Numbered from the stretch's first letter, positions 38,501 through 49,073 are shown. The stretch is DNA of 64,000 nucleotides from Desulfomonilia bacterium (GCA_963664325.2 CAXXDQ010000005.1:64001-128000); one strand, 5' to 3'. Made by a program: numbers and translations. Notes: generated by a model from the sequence alone, not told the origin.

Positions 38501-39106
38501 CTAAAACCGGCCTTCCGATTTTTCGTAGAGTTCAATGACGTTATTAATCCGCGTTATACGCCATGTACCCTGTTCACTTGTCAATTCGATCTCAAGCACG
38601 CCTGTTTTACCGGCAGAGAGTCTGGCTTTGGCCGTGCCGTTTTTCCATGAGATGCCTTTGAGCCCGAGTTTTCCCCGGGCAGCACCCTTCATCATGGGGC
38701 TTAAAACACTTGTCACAGGCGGAGCGCCGTTTTTGACCCAGGCCTCGAAGTCACCCGGCAGGCTTTTCTTGACCCTGGTCCCGTACATGACGGCAAGGTT
38801 CTTGCTGACATAGGGTGGGATGCCTCTCGAGTCCATTTTCTGGTATGCGATTAGCGTAATCTGCTTGGCCAGCTCCATTGAAAGCGTTTCCATATCGACA
38901 TACCTGCTGAAGGTCTTCCAGTCGTGTTCCCTTATGGACCTTGATACCTGTGAGAGCGAATAAACGGGAGTTGTCGGAAACCAGAAGTAAAGAAGCGCTC
39001 CTGCAGCAACTATAATCGCTGCACATGCCGCCATTACGGCAGAAATGATGATCTTTCTTCTTTTCTTTGTTTCTATCTCACCACAAAAAGGGATCTCGTG
39101 CTTCAT
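38501..39106 (-). CDS. DUF2939-like membrane-anchored protein
   Basis: N-terminal TM, TP.YSL...I..HD...F..YVD, WRITRI. Confidence 0.65.
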   Translation of the reverse strand: MKHEIPFCGEIETKKRRKIIISAVMAACAAIIVAAGALLYFWFPTTPVYSLSQVSRSIREHDWKTFSRYVDMETLSMELAKQITLIAYQKMDSRGIPPYVSKNLAVMYGTRVKKSLPGDFEAWVKNGAPPVTSVLSPMMKGAARGKLGLKGISWKNGTAKARLSAGKTGVLEIELTSEQGTWRITRINNVIELYEKSEGRF

Positions 39107-39109
39107 GCT

Positions 39110-39142
39110 AGGCTCCTAAAGCCGAAGGCGAAGAGACATCAC
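39110..39142 (-). repeat. Partial copy of the repeat unit found inside 37747-38047
   Basis: Reverse complement tgatgtctcttcgccttcggctttaggag matches 37767-37794. Confidence 0.65.
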
Positions 39143-39155
39143 TCTCAGCCGCCCT

Positions 39156-40538
39156 TTACTTGAATATGGTCGTGGTCATTACCACGCCGTCGCGCAAAAC
39201 GCTCAGGCTGAGTTTCCTGCCGGTAAGGGCAGCGGCTGCTTTCTTGAAATCCGCAAGCGACTTAATCTCTTTCTTGCCGAGCTGGAGTATTATGTCGCCG
39301 GGCTTGAGCCCTGTGCCCTCGGCGTTGGAACCATGCTTTATACTGGTTACAATTACACCTGTTACATTGGCATTCAGGTTCAGGCTGTCCCTTACGCCCG
39401 CATCTATCTCCTGCGCCGTAAGCCCTCCGAGGAAGCGGTTGTCGCCGACCGTGAAAGTGTCCCCCGAAGCGGAGGCCTTTGAAAGGTCGCCCGCGTTTAC
39501 AGGGATTATGATTTCCCGGCCTTTTCTTATAACGGTTACCTTTGCCTGGGTTCCGGGAAGGACCTCTGATACCATGAACCTCATTGAAATTGAGTTCGGA
39601 ACTACTTTTCCGTTTATTGCAGTTATGACATCACCGCGTTTTATGCCTGAGTTGGCGGCAGGAGAGCCTTTTGCGACATCGACGACGATAACGCCTCTTG
39701 GAGTTGACATATTCAATGAGCGCGCAATACCGGCGTCGATATCCTGGGCCGTGACTCCGAACCAGCCCCTTACGACCTTCCCGTAACGGAGGATGCTGTT
39801 CTTCACGGATACCGCGAAGTCTGCAGGTATGGCGAACCCTATCCCGATATTGCCTCCGGACCTTGAGAGGATGGAGGTGTTGATACCGACAAGCTCCCCT
39901 CTCATGTTCACGAGCGCACCGCCCGAATTGCCCGGGTTGATTGCGGCATCAGTCTGAATGAAGTTTTCATAATCGGTAATGCCTAGGCCTGAACGGCCGA
40001 GTGCGCTCACTATGCCCAGTGTGACGGTCTGCCCGAGCCCGAACGGGTTGCCTACAGCAAGGACAAAGGTCCCGATCCTTAACTTCGACGAATCTCCGAC
40101 AGGCAGATAAGGCAGCCCTTTTGACTCTATCTTTATTACGGCCACATCGCTCTTGGGGTCGGTCCCGATAATGCGTGCCTGGAATACCCTGTTGTCTGAA
40201 AGCCTTACCTCGACCTTATCCGCCCCGCCTACGACATGGTTATTTGTTATTATATAGCCGTCCGCCGATATAATAACTCCCGAGCCGAGAGAACGCTGCA
40301 CCCTTTCCTGCTGGGGGGCATTGCCGAAAAAATCCCTGAAAAACGGGTCGGAATAAAACGGAGAGCTGTCGACAACGGTCTTTGTCGATGAGATGTTTAC
40401 AACGGAAGGAATGACCTTTTGCGCCACGTCCGCCACCCATTCGCCCTGCATAACATCAGCAGGCACAGCCGGCAGCGGGGCGGCTGAAATCATGACCGCA
40501 AACATTGAAAGGACAGCCAGTCGATGCACCTTGTTCAT
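39156..40538 (-). CDS. HtrA/DegP-DegQ serine endoprotease with two PDZ domains
   Basis: GSGVI, TNNHVV, D.A, IQTDAAINPGNSGG; signal peptide. Confidence 0.95.
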   Translation of the reverse strand: MNKVHRLAVLSMFAVMISAAPLPAVPADVMQGEWVADVAQKVIPSVVNISSTKTVVDSSPFYSDPFFRDFFGNAPQQERVQRSLGSGVIISADGYIITNNHVVGGADKVEVRLSDNRVFQARIIGTDPKSDVAVIKIESKGLPYLPVGDSSKLRIGTFVLAVGNPFGLGQTVTLGIVSALGRSGLGITDYENFIQTDAAINPGNSGGALVNMRGELVGINTSILSRSGGNIGIGFAIPADFAVSVKNSILRYGKVVRGWFGVTAQDIDAGIARSLNMSTPRGVIVVDVAKGSPAANSGIKRGDVITAINGKVVPNSISMRFMVSEVLPGTQAKVTVIRKGREIIIPVNAGDLSKASASGDTFTVGDNRFLGGLTAQEIDAGVRDSLNLNANVTGVIVTSIKHGSNAEGTGLKPGDIILQLGKKEIKSLADFKKAAAALTGRKLSLSVLRDGVVMTTTIFK

Positions 40539-40660
40539 ATTGAATCCTCCTTATGCTGCGCATGTCCTAGCACAGAGACAAAACTGTTTCAACCATGCCG
40601 GAAACTGCTGGAGAGGCCCCTATGTACATTGTCAAGACAATCGGATATAGGCATGATATT

Positions 40661-41566
40661 ATGGGGATTAATTCTACCAGAACCTTCCATGCAAAAAGCG
40701 GTATCGACCTGATGAGGGAATATACGATCAACGAATCCCTGTCCTCGCTTGATTCCGTTTATATGGACCTGATTGAAAACCCCAGGCCGTTCGGGCAGAT
40801 AATAGCCGGGAAGCTGATTTCACAAGGTCTTTTATCACAAGGTTCGACAATCCTTGAAGCAGGCGGAGGCTATGGCACGCTAATGGCGTCTCTGCTCGAT
40901 GCCTGCTGCGAAACGGTCAGGAAAGTCGTAATGGCGGATCTGTCCCGGGGGTTGCTGCTGAAGCAAAAGAAGCGTCTTGAGCCCTGGGCGGAGAAGTGCT
41001 CATTCGTGAACACCGACATCCATGAAATGCTCCATGCAGTTAAAGGAATCGACATCCTGATAATGAACGAGGTCGTCGGCGACCTGGATACGATGACTGG
41101 TCTTGTACCGGGCAGCCTGCCCGTGTCTGCAGGGACCGTCATTGAAAAATATGGCCTGGACATGCCGGAAACCGGTCCGTTTTGTCTGAACTCAGGTGCC
41201 ATCAATGCGGTCGAGGCCGTATGCCAAAATGGTTTTTCCGCATTTATATCAGAACACAGTTCCGACCCGATAATCCCGCATGACATGCCCTGGCTGGCTA
41301 AAGGCCTCGAACTGGACGGCTGGCCGCGGGAGATCAAGCTGTTCGGCCACTCAGAATATACGATCAGGTTTGCCCACCTTATAAAGGTGGCGCACACCCT
41401 GGGGAGAAAAACCCTTACAGGCTCTTACATCGACCTGGCAGGACTTAAACGAAGGCCTTCATACCGCTTCATATTCGAGGCCGGAGCCTGCTCGACCCAC
41501 GAACAGGAAATCATCCTGGAATTCCTCGACCACATCAGGGAATACAGATGGATGATAATTCTTTAA
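40661..41566 (+). CDS. Class I SAM-dependent methyltransferase
   Basis: ILEAGGGYG motif I, ADLS, NEVVGD; start uncertain. Confidence 0.75.
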   Translation: MGINSTRTFHAKSGIDLMREYTINESLSSLDSVYMDLIENPRPFGQIIAGKLISQGLLSQGSTILEAGGGYGTLMASLLDACCETVRKVVMADLSRGLLLKQKKRLEPWAEKCSFVNTDIHEMLHAVKGIDILIMNEVVGDLDTMTGLVPGSLPVSAGTVIEKYGLDMPETGPFCLNSGAINAVEAVCQNGFSAFISEHSSDPIIPHDMPWLAKGLELDGWPREIKLFGHSEYTIRFAHLIKVAHTLGRKTLTGSYIDLAGLKRRPSYRFIFEAGACSTHEQEIILEFLDHIREYRWMIIL

Positions 41567-41691
41567 TAAATCCGGCATTCAGGCCCTGCCGATGGCTCTT
41601 AGCATTCAGCTTGAGGAGTTGAACAGGATGCTCGGGATCTCATTTCAGGCAGCAATAATGTTATGTGACGTCTGCGTTCTCAAAGGTATGT

Positions 41692-42753
41692 CTATCTTTT
41701 CTCACGCCGCTGGCGCATGTCCTCAAGGATACGATCAACCGCGGCCGGGCTTGCCCAGTGAATGAAATCGCCTTTCGCCCAGAATACATGGAATTCACCG
41801 CCGACAGCCCGCAGTACATCCTGTACGGCCGGTTCCCACAGAACATAACGCGGCTCGTTGAAACAGCAGACGTCATATTCATTGAGCACCTGGATCTGGG
41901 ACCGCTGGTGGGACCCCATGATATAAAGGTCCTCATAGCTTGCGATCAGGTACAGATCCGGGAGTACCTGCTCCCAGTCCCCCCAGTTCTTCTGGTAGCG
42001 GTCGAAATGCATCGCGAGCGGCACACTGCCCGCCACCGGGTAACTGGCGGAGATGCGCGTATCCAGCGCCGCGGCCAGTGTCGTAGTCCAACCCCCGCCG
42101 GACAGACCTACCATGAAGATATCGCGAAAGCCCCTTGTCCGTGCTAGATTGACGGCCGCTATCACCGGCTCAAGGAAATAACGCACCGGCGAGCCTAGGG
42201 TCAGGCCGTTCAGGAATATCATTTCCTCATGCTGGGTTATAGGCACACGGCCGGTACGGGGCAGATCGATTATGACTGGCTCCTTGTTGTCTCCGGTGCA
42301 CGGCAAATCCAGTCTCCAGACCGTATAGCCGTTGGCTACAAAACGGCGTATTACGATGGCGTCGACCACTGTGTAGCCGTCATGGCCGTCATGATAGATA
42401 ACCAGCGCGCCGTTCGGCGAGATAGGCCGGTAGACAGACATGTTCGAGATAAACCCGTTTTGCATGGAAATTTTCAAGCGGTCGCCTTCGGCCTGGGGCA
42501 GGGTGTCGGGCAGCGTATCAGAGGCGAATATATATCGGATCAGCTCTTTGCGGGTCGCCGAGATTTCATCTGCCGTGTGCAGGCTGATATCGGGCGTGTA
42601 GTCTACAGGAGCGATATAGGTTAGCGTGTTTGCCGTGCCGCCAGAATACTGCTGCTCCTGTGTAGCCGATGATGATCCTCCTTCGTTCCTGCATGCGATG
42701 ACCATGAGGACAAAAATGCCTGCACAAATGCAGCCTGAAAGCTTCTTTCCCAT
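41692..42753 (-). CDS. Alpha/beta-hydrolase fold lipoprotein
   Basis: Lipobox VIAC; GLSGGGW nucleophile elbow; D and H downstream; RBS GAGGAGG. Confidence 0.75.
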   Translation of the reverse strand: MGKKLSGCICAGIFVLMVIACRNEGGSSSATQEQQYSGGTANTLTYIAPVDYTPDISLHTADEISATRKELIRYIFASDTLPDTLPQAEGDRLKISMQNGFISNMSVYRPISPNGALVIYHDGHDGYTVVDAIVIRRFVANGYTVWRLDLPCTGDNKEPVIIDLPRTGRVPITQHEEMIFLNGLTLGSPVRYFLEPVIAAVNLARTRGFRDIFMVGLSGGGWTTTLAAALDTRISASYPVAGSVPLAMHFDRYQKNWGDWEQVLPDLYLIASYEDLYIMGSHQRSQIQVLNEYDVCCFNEPRYVLWEPAVQDVLRAVGGEFHVFWAKGDFIHWASPAAVDRILEDMRQRREKR

Positions 42754-42827
42754 GATGCGCCCCTCCTCATACCGAAATGTCCGGACATTTAAAATGACCG
42801 TGCAACATGCATTAACAGCTCTCAATT

Positions 42828-42856
42828 AATATAACGGCGATGCCTGTGCCTGTCAA
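42828..42856 (-). promoter_or_regulatory. sigma70-type promoter of the hydrolase gene
   Basis: TTGACA-17-TATATT on minus strand. Confidence 0.5.
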
Positions 42857-43027
42857 TTGCCGGCAGTAATGTCCATATCTGCATATCCGGGGGAGGCGCA
42901 ATATCCGGTTGGTACTGGGAATATACCTGTTGTGCAACTGTACCTGGTCCCGGCTATCGGCATAATAACGCTTATCTTTTCTTGTAGGTGTTTATCTGAA
43001 ACCAATTTCATGTAATATACTTGCGGT

Positions 43028-43759
43028 ATGAAAAAGATCCTTACTTTCCTTTCTGATTTCGGAGTGAAAGACAGCTATGCGGCTCAGGTCAAGGGCAGGA
43101 TTCTGAGTGCGGCATCGGATGTATCCATCATCGATATAACTCATGAGTGCGATAGATTCGGCATTATCAGCGGCGCGTGGCTGCTGCATACCTACTGGCG
43201 GTGTTTCCCTGAAAACACGGTTCACCTTGCGGTTGTTGATCCGGGAGTGGGCACAGACAGGGCGATCCTGGCAGTTGAGAAAGACGGCCATTTCTTCATC
43301 GGCCCGGATAACGGGATATTCTCGTTCATCTATCCGGCGGAAAAGGTGTTTGAAATCACCTGGAGGCCGAAAACCGGAATATCCCCGACGTTTCAAGCAA
43401 GGGATATCATGGCCCCGGTTTCGGCGATGCTGCTGAAAGGCATACAGCCTGCAACGCTCGGGACGCCGAAACAGAACCCCGTTTTTTTCAATGCCACGAA
43501 TCCCATGGTTGTCAACATCGACAGCTTCGGGAACATCATCACGAATATCGAGCCGTCCTGTCTGGGCGGCGGGGGTATTATGATCAACGACGTATTTATC
43601 AAAAAGCTTGCCTCAACCTACAGCGATATAGGAGAAGAAGACGGGCCCGCCATGATTAAAGGCAGTTCCGGCACAATCGAGGTGTCGGCAAACATGCAGA
43701 GCGCAGCCAAGGTATTAAAGGCGGTAACAGGGATGCCTGTCGTTATAAAACAGGGGTGA
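43028..43759 (+). CDS. SAM hydroxide adenosyltransferase / chlorinase-fluorinase family (DUF62)
   Basis: SDFG..D.Y, IIDITH, VVDPGVGT.R, GPDNG, TF..RD, IDSFGN. Confidence 0.92.
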   Translation: MKKILTFLSDFGVKDSYAAQVKGRILSAASDVSIIDITHECDRFGIISGAWLLHTYWRCFPENTVHLAVVDPGVGTDRAILAVEKDGHFFIGPDNGIFSFIYPAEKVFEITWRPKTGISPTFQARDIMAPVSAMLLKGIQPATLGTPKQNPVFFNATNPMVVNIDSFGNIITNIEPSCLGGGGIMINDVFIKKLASTYSDIGEEDGPAMIKGSSGTIEVSANMQSAAKVLKAVTGMPVVIKQG

Positions 43760-43762
43760 GGT

Positions 43763-45637
43763 ATGGAAACAAAACTTAAAGTTCTCATGGTCGATGCGGC
43801 AAGCGGATATTACCGCCATGAGCGCTACAGGCTCGGCGACTTCTTCGGACCGGTTGATCTGGGGCTGAACCTTGCAGGAAGGTACAACTCCCTGAACATC
43901 GGTGTGGGACTGCTTGCAGGCTCAATATTTCCCGGGTCGAACCGCATGATCTTTACCGGGTTCTCTCCGTGCTGGGGCGGCTTTTACATCTCCTCGATGG
44001 GGGGCGCCGGGCTTGTCTTCGACAACCTAGGCATCAACATGCTGTCTATTACGGGAAAGGCGCCGGTGCCTTCCATTCTCTACCTTAACCGCGTGCATGG
44101 TGAAGAGATCGAGGTGGAGATCGTGCCGGTAAAGGCCGAAAAGGTCTGGAGCAGCGGCCGGCTTGGCGTTTATTCCATGACGGATTATGCGCTTGAAAAT
44201 TTCGGCTCAAGGTATCTTTCCGACCCCAGGGTGCTTGTTGCGGGTCCGGCCTCGCTTGCAACGGATTTCGGCGCCATAGGCTCGATGCCGGTAGTTTCAG
44301 GCAAGCCGACCCATATCGACACATGGGCGGGCCGGGGCGGGTTCGGTTCCAAGATGTTTCAGCAGCACGGTCTTGCCGCGATAATCTATGGCGGCACATA
44401 TATCGACGATGATTTCAGGGACAGAAAGGTCGCGGACCAGTGGTTCATAGACAAATATACAAAAAAGCTCGCCGCCAAAGACCTGGAGGCCACTACTAAA
44501 TACAGGTTCGAACCCGATTTCAACACAGGGGGAACTCTCGGCGTGAACCTGGCCACGATTGGCGGAGGCCTCATAGCGTTCAACTACCGCTCGATCTTCA
44601 TGGACGAAGCGGTGAGGCTCAATATGCACAAAGACCTTATCGCGGGCCACTATCTGAAACAGTTCAACGAAGAGACCATCTATCCCAAGCAGCAGCATAC
44701 ATGCGGCGAGCCGTGCGTCGCTCTCTGCAAGAAGATGAACGGCGACTTCAAGAAGGACTATGAGCCCTACCAGACGATGGGGCCCCTCTCCGGCATATTC
44801 GACCAGCGGGCGGCCGAGAAGCTGAACGGCCATGCGGACATGTACGGATTCGATGCCATATCCGTCGGCGGTGTTGTGTCGTGGCTTATGGAATGTATGG
44901 CCGAGGGCTGTCTCAGCCCGGAGGAACTTGGAGTAAGCAGAACGCCGGTCTTTAAGCCGGACGGGTTCAGCGTAGAAACCGATTCCATGAATAATGCCGA
45001 ACTCGGTATCGAGCTGCTTGACGGTATAATTCAGAAGAGGCCCATGCTTGACATGGGGGAGGGTGCGCGCAGGCTTGCCCGGAACATCTCAAGGACAAAA
45101 GGCAGGAAGGTCCTCGACAGCTTCCTTTTTGCAGCATACGCGCGCAACGGCTGGATGGTGCCGAATCAGTACTGGACGCCCGGTGTGCTGTCGCCTATGC
45201 CGATAATGGGAAAATATTACATGGACTACGGCAAGGATTTCCTGCCTCCCCGGGAACTGGGCAGAAAGAATGCAAAGCGCATGAAGATGGAACTGGTGAT
45301 GGACAATATCGGCATGTGCCGCTTCCACCGCATGTGGGCCGAGGAAATGATTCCGGAGATAATAGGCGAGCTCTACGGGATGAAAGACGGATACCTGAGC
45401 GGCATATCGATGGTGGCCAGCCGAATAAACTCCAGAAATGCATCGGTTTACTGGGAGACGAAAAGGGCGGTGGAGTTCATTGAGACATTTTTAAAAAGGA
45501 AGCATGAGGTTGAAGGCAACAACAGCGCCGAGCTGCTAGACTGGATAGGCAGGTTTGAAAAAGAACCGGATGAGGCCGGTATGGAGTTCTGGTACGATAT
45601 CCATAAGGGAGAGCAGGAATCGCTCAGGGAATTCTGA
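43763..45637 (+). CDS. Aldehyde ferredoxin oxidoreductase-family protein
   Basis: SSMGG, AGRGG.G..M, C....C...CKK, YE, D..G.DAIS.G, G.C motifs. Confidence 0.8.
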   Translation: METKLKVLMVDAASGYYRHERYRLGDFFGPVDLGLNLAGRYNSLNIGVGLLAGSIFPGSNRMIFTGFSPCWGGFYISSMGGAGLVFDNLGINMLSITGKAPVPSILYLNRVHGEEIEVEIVPVKAEKVWSSGRLGVYSMTDYALENFGSRYLSDPRVLVAGPASLATDFGAIGSMPVVSGKPTHIDTWAGRGGFGSKMFQQHGLAAIIYGGTYIDDDFRDRKVADQWFIDKYTKKLAAKDLEATTKYRFEPDFNTGGTLGVNLATIGGGLIAFNYRSIFMDEAVRLNMHKDLIAGHYLKQFNEETIYPKQQHTCGEPCVALCKKMNGDFKKDYEPYQTMGPLSGIFDQRAAEKLNGHADMYGFDAISVGGVVSWLMECMAEGCLSPEELGVSRTPVFKPDGFSVETDSMNNAELGIELLDGIIQKRPMLDMGEGARRLARNISRTKGRKVLDSFLFAAYARNGWMVPNQYWTPGVLSPMPIMGKYYMDYGKDFLPPRELGRKNAKRMKMELVMDNIGMCRFHRMWAEEMIPEIIGELYGMKDGYLSGISMVASRINSRNASVYWETKRAVEFIETFLKRKHEVEGNNSAELLDWIGRFEKEPDEAGMEFWYDIHKGEQESLREF

Positions 45638-45675
45638 TATAAGGCCTTTCAATACGGTACGGACGGCAGGGGTCG

Positions 45676-46782
45676 TCAGAATGTTTTCCTGGTCCTCCCC
45701 CATTTCTCCACCTGCTTCAGCAGGTCGAGCGCATCCTCTTCGGTTTCGCAGTTGGTCTGCATGTAAAGCCCCTTGGGAGAAACGTATTTGAGGATCTCCT
45801 CGATCTCCTTCGGGTTTACCCCCAGCATGACGATTCCCTTTTTCCTGTCCTGAATCTTTTTATACAGGGGTATCCACTTCTCATAAACATAAGAGGCATC
45901 GGGGCCGTCGTATTCTGTCGGCCGCCACTGTATGGCATGGATGTCGTCGATGTCGAGAATAGCATCGGCGTGCTTCACCATGTCCGGGCCGTCGAGATGG
46001 AATAAAGCCCTGTCGAGGAATGCCGCCTCTCTTGCAAGCGTCGGCTTCACGAATTCATCGAACATCTTCGGAGAGAGCACCGTGCCGAAATCGCACTGTA
46101 GAGGATACCACCTGTCCCTGCTCCAGACGGGCATCCAGCAGGTCATGCCGTCACATTTGTCAGCAATCATTTTGTACAGGATGTCGTAGGCCTCGAACCA
46201 TGCGTCATCAATGGCATTTACGAGGGCCGTGACTTCCCGGGGCCTTTCAATCATATCGAAGATGAGATCCTGATGGCCTCTGAGGGACGCGGCTATGTCG
46301 AATCCTCCCCCGAGGTCGGTCATGCCCACCAGATACTTGTCAGGGGCGCGCTCGGTGAAATAGCCTGTCATGTCGAAGGCGGCCTTCCACAGTTCATGCC
46401 CCTTGTCGAATTTCACATGAGGGACTGCATTGGCCGGGGCCGCAGTCTGTTTAGGGCCGAACCATATCGTCGTATCGTCGAGCCTGTAGTCCGCACCCAA
46501 AGGCGCAGCGAGCATGCCCGGGCCCAGGTTTATGAACTGGTATGGGAAAGATTCGCCCAGGAATGAAGCGATGCTGAAAACAAATTCATTTCCGTGATAG
46601 AAATTCTCCGGGGTCGTCCACTTTTCCCACAGGCCGTCAGGTTCCTTAATGTCGGGGAAAGTATAATCAAGAGGTTTACTCCGTGGTGCGGTAACCGCGA
46701 TGCAGCACCTGTCGATCATGTCGCAGGCCCAGAAGGCCTCAAAACGCTTCTTAGTATCTTCCCAATCATCCTTGTAGATCAT
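45676..46782 (-). CDS. UroD-fold corrinoid methyltransferase-like protein
   Basis: LQCDF...SP.MF.EF..P, FHLDG, IQW motifs. Confidence 0.75.
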   Translation of the reverse strand: MIYKDDWEDTKKRFEAFWACDMIDRCCIAVTAPRSKPLDYTFPDIKEPDGLWEKWTTPENFYHGNEFVFSIASFLGESFPYQFINLGPGMLAAPLGADYRLDDTTIWFGPKQTAAPANAVPHVKFDKGHELWKAAFDMTGYFTERAPDKYLVGMTDLGGGFDIAASLRGHQDLIFDMIERPREVTALVNAIDDAWFEAYDILYKMIADKCDGMTCWMPVWSRDRWYPLQCDFGTVLSPKMFDEFVKPTLAREAAFLDRALFHLDGPDMVKHADAILDIDDIHAIQWRPTEYDGPDASYVYEKWIPLYKKIQDRKKGIVMLGVNPKEIEEILKYVSPKGLYMQTNCETEEDALDLLKQVEKWGRTRKTF

Positions 46783-46899
46783 AACCGGCTCCTCCCGTCA
46801 GGCTATTGAATGATTCTACCATGCCGGTACACGCATGTCTTGTATTCATTAGCCATTCTTTGGTAAAATTATGCCTGCAGAAAAAAAGGAGGACTTAAA

Positions 46900-47676
46900 A
46901 TGAGCAGGTTCATTGACTTGTCTGTTGCCATTGAAAGCGGGCTTCCGAGCGATCCGCCGATGATGATCCCAAAGATCATGTACATCGACCATGCCCTCGG
47001 CGCCGAGAGCATGAAGGCGTTTTATCCCGGCCTTACAATCGGCGACCTGCCGGGCGGGCTGGGCTGGGCGGTTGAGGTGATGGAGGTCTCGACTCATGCA
47101 GGCACGCACATGGATGCGCCGTGGCATTTTCATCCCACGCAGGACAGGGGCAAGCCTGCGCTCACGATCGATCAGTTCCCGCTGGAATGGGGCGTCGGGA
47201 ACGGCGTCAAGCTTGACTTCTCCGACTTTCCCGACGGCTACAACATCACGGTCGAGGATGTGAAGGCCAAACTCAGCGATATAGATTACACGCTCAAGCC
47301 GGGCGACATATTCCTTGCACAGAGCGGGGCCGCTCCCTACTGGGGCACGCCGGAGTATCTGGTAAGGGGATGCGGGTTCAGCCGGGAAACCACGCTGTGG
47401 ATACTTGGCCACGGCGTGCACGTGGTCGGTACGGACGGCTGGAGCTGGGACCGGCCGCTGCCATTCCAGGCGAGAGAGTTCGTACAGACAAAGGATGCCT
47501 CCATCATCTGGGAAGGGCATTTCGCCGGCATAGAAAAGGGCTATTTCCAGATAGAGAAGCTTGCCAATCTGGATGCGCTTCCGGCCACGGGTTTCAGGTT
47601 TTACTGCTTCCCGGTCAAGATAAAGGGGGCGAGTGCGGGGTGGATACGGGCCGTCGCCGAAGTGGGCAGGGCGTGA
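46900..47676 (+). CDS. Cyclase family (kynurenine formamidase-like) metallohydrolase
   Basis: THAGTHMDAPWHF, GTD, EKL.NL, RAVA. Confidence 0.9.
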   Translation: MSRFIDLSVAIESGLPSDPPMMIPKIMYIDHALGAESMKAFYPGLTIGDLPGGLGWAVEVMEVSTHAGTHMDAPWHFHPTQDRGKPALTIDQFPLEWGVGNGVKLDFSDFPDGYNITVEDVKAKLSDIDYTLKPGDIFLAQSGAAPYWGTPEYLVRGCGFSRETTLWILGHGVHVVGTDGWSWDRPLPFQAREFVQTKDASIIWEGHFAGIEKGYFQIEKLANLDALPATGFRFYCFPVKIKGASAGWIRAVAEVGRA

Positions 47677-47991
47677 TAACTTCGCATACCGTTGTCGCTT
47701 CCTCGCGGAAACGTTGCAGCATACGTCAAAGTATGCCTCACATTTCCGCTTCGTCACTCCTCGGTCTGCAAAGTTCTGCCGCCCTGCCACTCATGTTTAA
47801 TTCCTGCATTGCATTATCGGGAAATTAATATACTTGATGATAGTGTCCCTGAGATATAATCAATAAACAAAGGCATAAAAAGAAGGTTAGAGTGTGAAAA
47901 TTCCAGTGTCTCGAAAAGACAATTTATGGTTAGGTCCTAGTTTTTCTACCGCATACGGCAAAATCAATAATTGGGTTTAAGAGGAGGATAC

Positions 47992-48576
47992 ATGATGTCA
48001 GATTTTGTTCCGTTAATGGAAATAGCTGATACTATTGGAGTGGATCCAACAACAATAAGACGTTTAATAAAAAAGTATGGCGATGAGCTAGGTATTGCAG
48101 TTGAAAGAGTAAAATCAAAATCACGAAATGGAAGATGGGTCGATTGCTTATCTATTGATGATCGAAACAGTTTAATTGATTTTTACGAAAGTCGAGTTAA
48201 AAATGAAGACTTATCATCAGATGAATTATCACCACGACGGTTTGGAGTTTTCTATATCATCCAGCTTATTCCTGAAGTCTTACCTAATCGTGTAAAAATT
48301 GGTTATACAGATGATCTTAAAAAAAGATTGAATGAGCATCGAACGGCTGCTCCCACTGCAAAAGTCATTGGTAGTTGGCCTTGCAAACGTTCTTGGGATC
48401 AGGCTGCAATGGATTGTATAACAAGAGAAAACTGCAAGTTAGTTATGAATGAGGTTTATGAGGGTGATGTAGAAATATTTGTTAAAAGAGCTATTAATTT
48501 CTTTTCACAAATGCCAAATTCAAATATGGCCCCTATTTTGTCAGAGCATTCACCTCTAAAAGATATACAATCATAG
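47992..48576 (+). CDS. HTH + GIY-YIG/T5orf172-like nuclease domain protein
   Basis: EIADTIGVDPTTIRR (HTH); GVFYII...VKIGYT.DL..RL..H; AT-rich; RBS GAGGAGG. Confidence 0.7.
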   Translation: MMSDFVPLMEIADTIGVDPTTIRRLIKKYGDELGIAVERVKSKSRNGRWVDCLSIDDRNSLIDFYESRVKNEDLSSDELSPRRFGVFYIIQLIPEVLPNRVKIGYTDDLKKRLNEHRTAAPTAKVIGSWPCKRSWDQAAMDCITRENCKLVMNEVYEGDVEIFVKRAINFFSQMPNSNMAPILSEHSPLKDIQS

Positions 48577-48626
48577 ACACCAGTTAATTTGGATTTGACA
48601 GGCAACTTAGATCAAGGATTAACAAT

Positions 48627-49061
48627 ATGATGACCATCCGCCGAATGACGATTGATGATTATGATGCTGTGCTTGGGCTGTTGCGTGGGACGCCTGGTGT
48701 TGTCGTGCGTGATGCCGATTCGAAAGAGGCGGTTAAGCGCTATCTTGAACGCAACCCGGGGCTCAGTTTCGTGGCGGTTGAATCAGGTCTCATCGTCGGC
48801 TGCATCATGTCCGGCCATGATGCTAGGCGCGGCTATCTCCAGCATCTGGCCGTTGCCGGTGGGTTCAGGAGAAAAGGGATAGGAAAAGCCCTAGTTGAAA
48901 GATGCCTCGACGGGCTTGAGAAAGAAGGCATACTGAAGTCGCACATAGATGTTCTTGCAACAAATGAAAGCGCGTTTTCTTTCTGGGAAAAAATCGGATG
49001 GGAAAAAAGAAGCGATGTGCTCCGCTACTCCTTTATAAGGATGGGTAGTCATAACGCTTAA
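48627..49061 (+). CDS. GNAT family N-acetyltransferase
   Basis: RRGYLQHLAV...RRKGIGKAL, N..A..FW...GW. Confidence 0.9.
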   Translation: MMTIRRMTIDDYDAVLGLLRGTPGVVVRDADSKEAVKRYLERNPGLSFVAVESGLIVGCIMSGHDARRGYLQHLAVAGGFRRKGIGKALVERCLDGLEKEGILKSHIDVLATNESAFSFWEKIGWEKRSDVLRYSFIRMGSHNA

Positions 49062-49073
49062 ATGGTTATGAAG

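Noticed and set aside
46849-47790. 313-aa - strand ORF
   Set aside because: Antisense to the cyclase-family gene; no recognisable features
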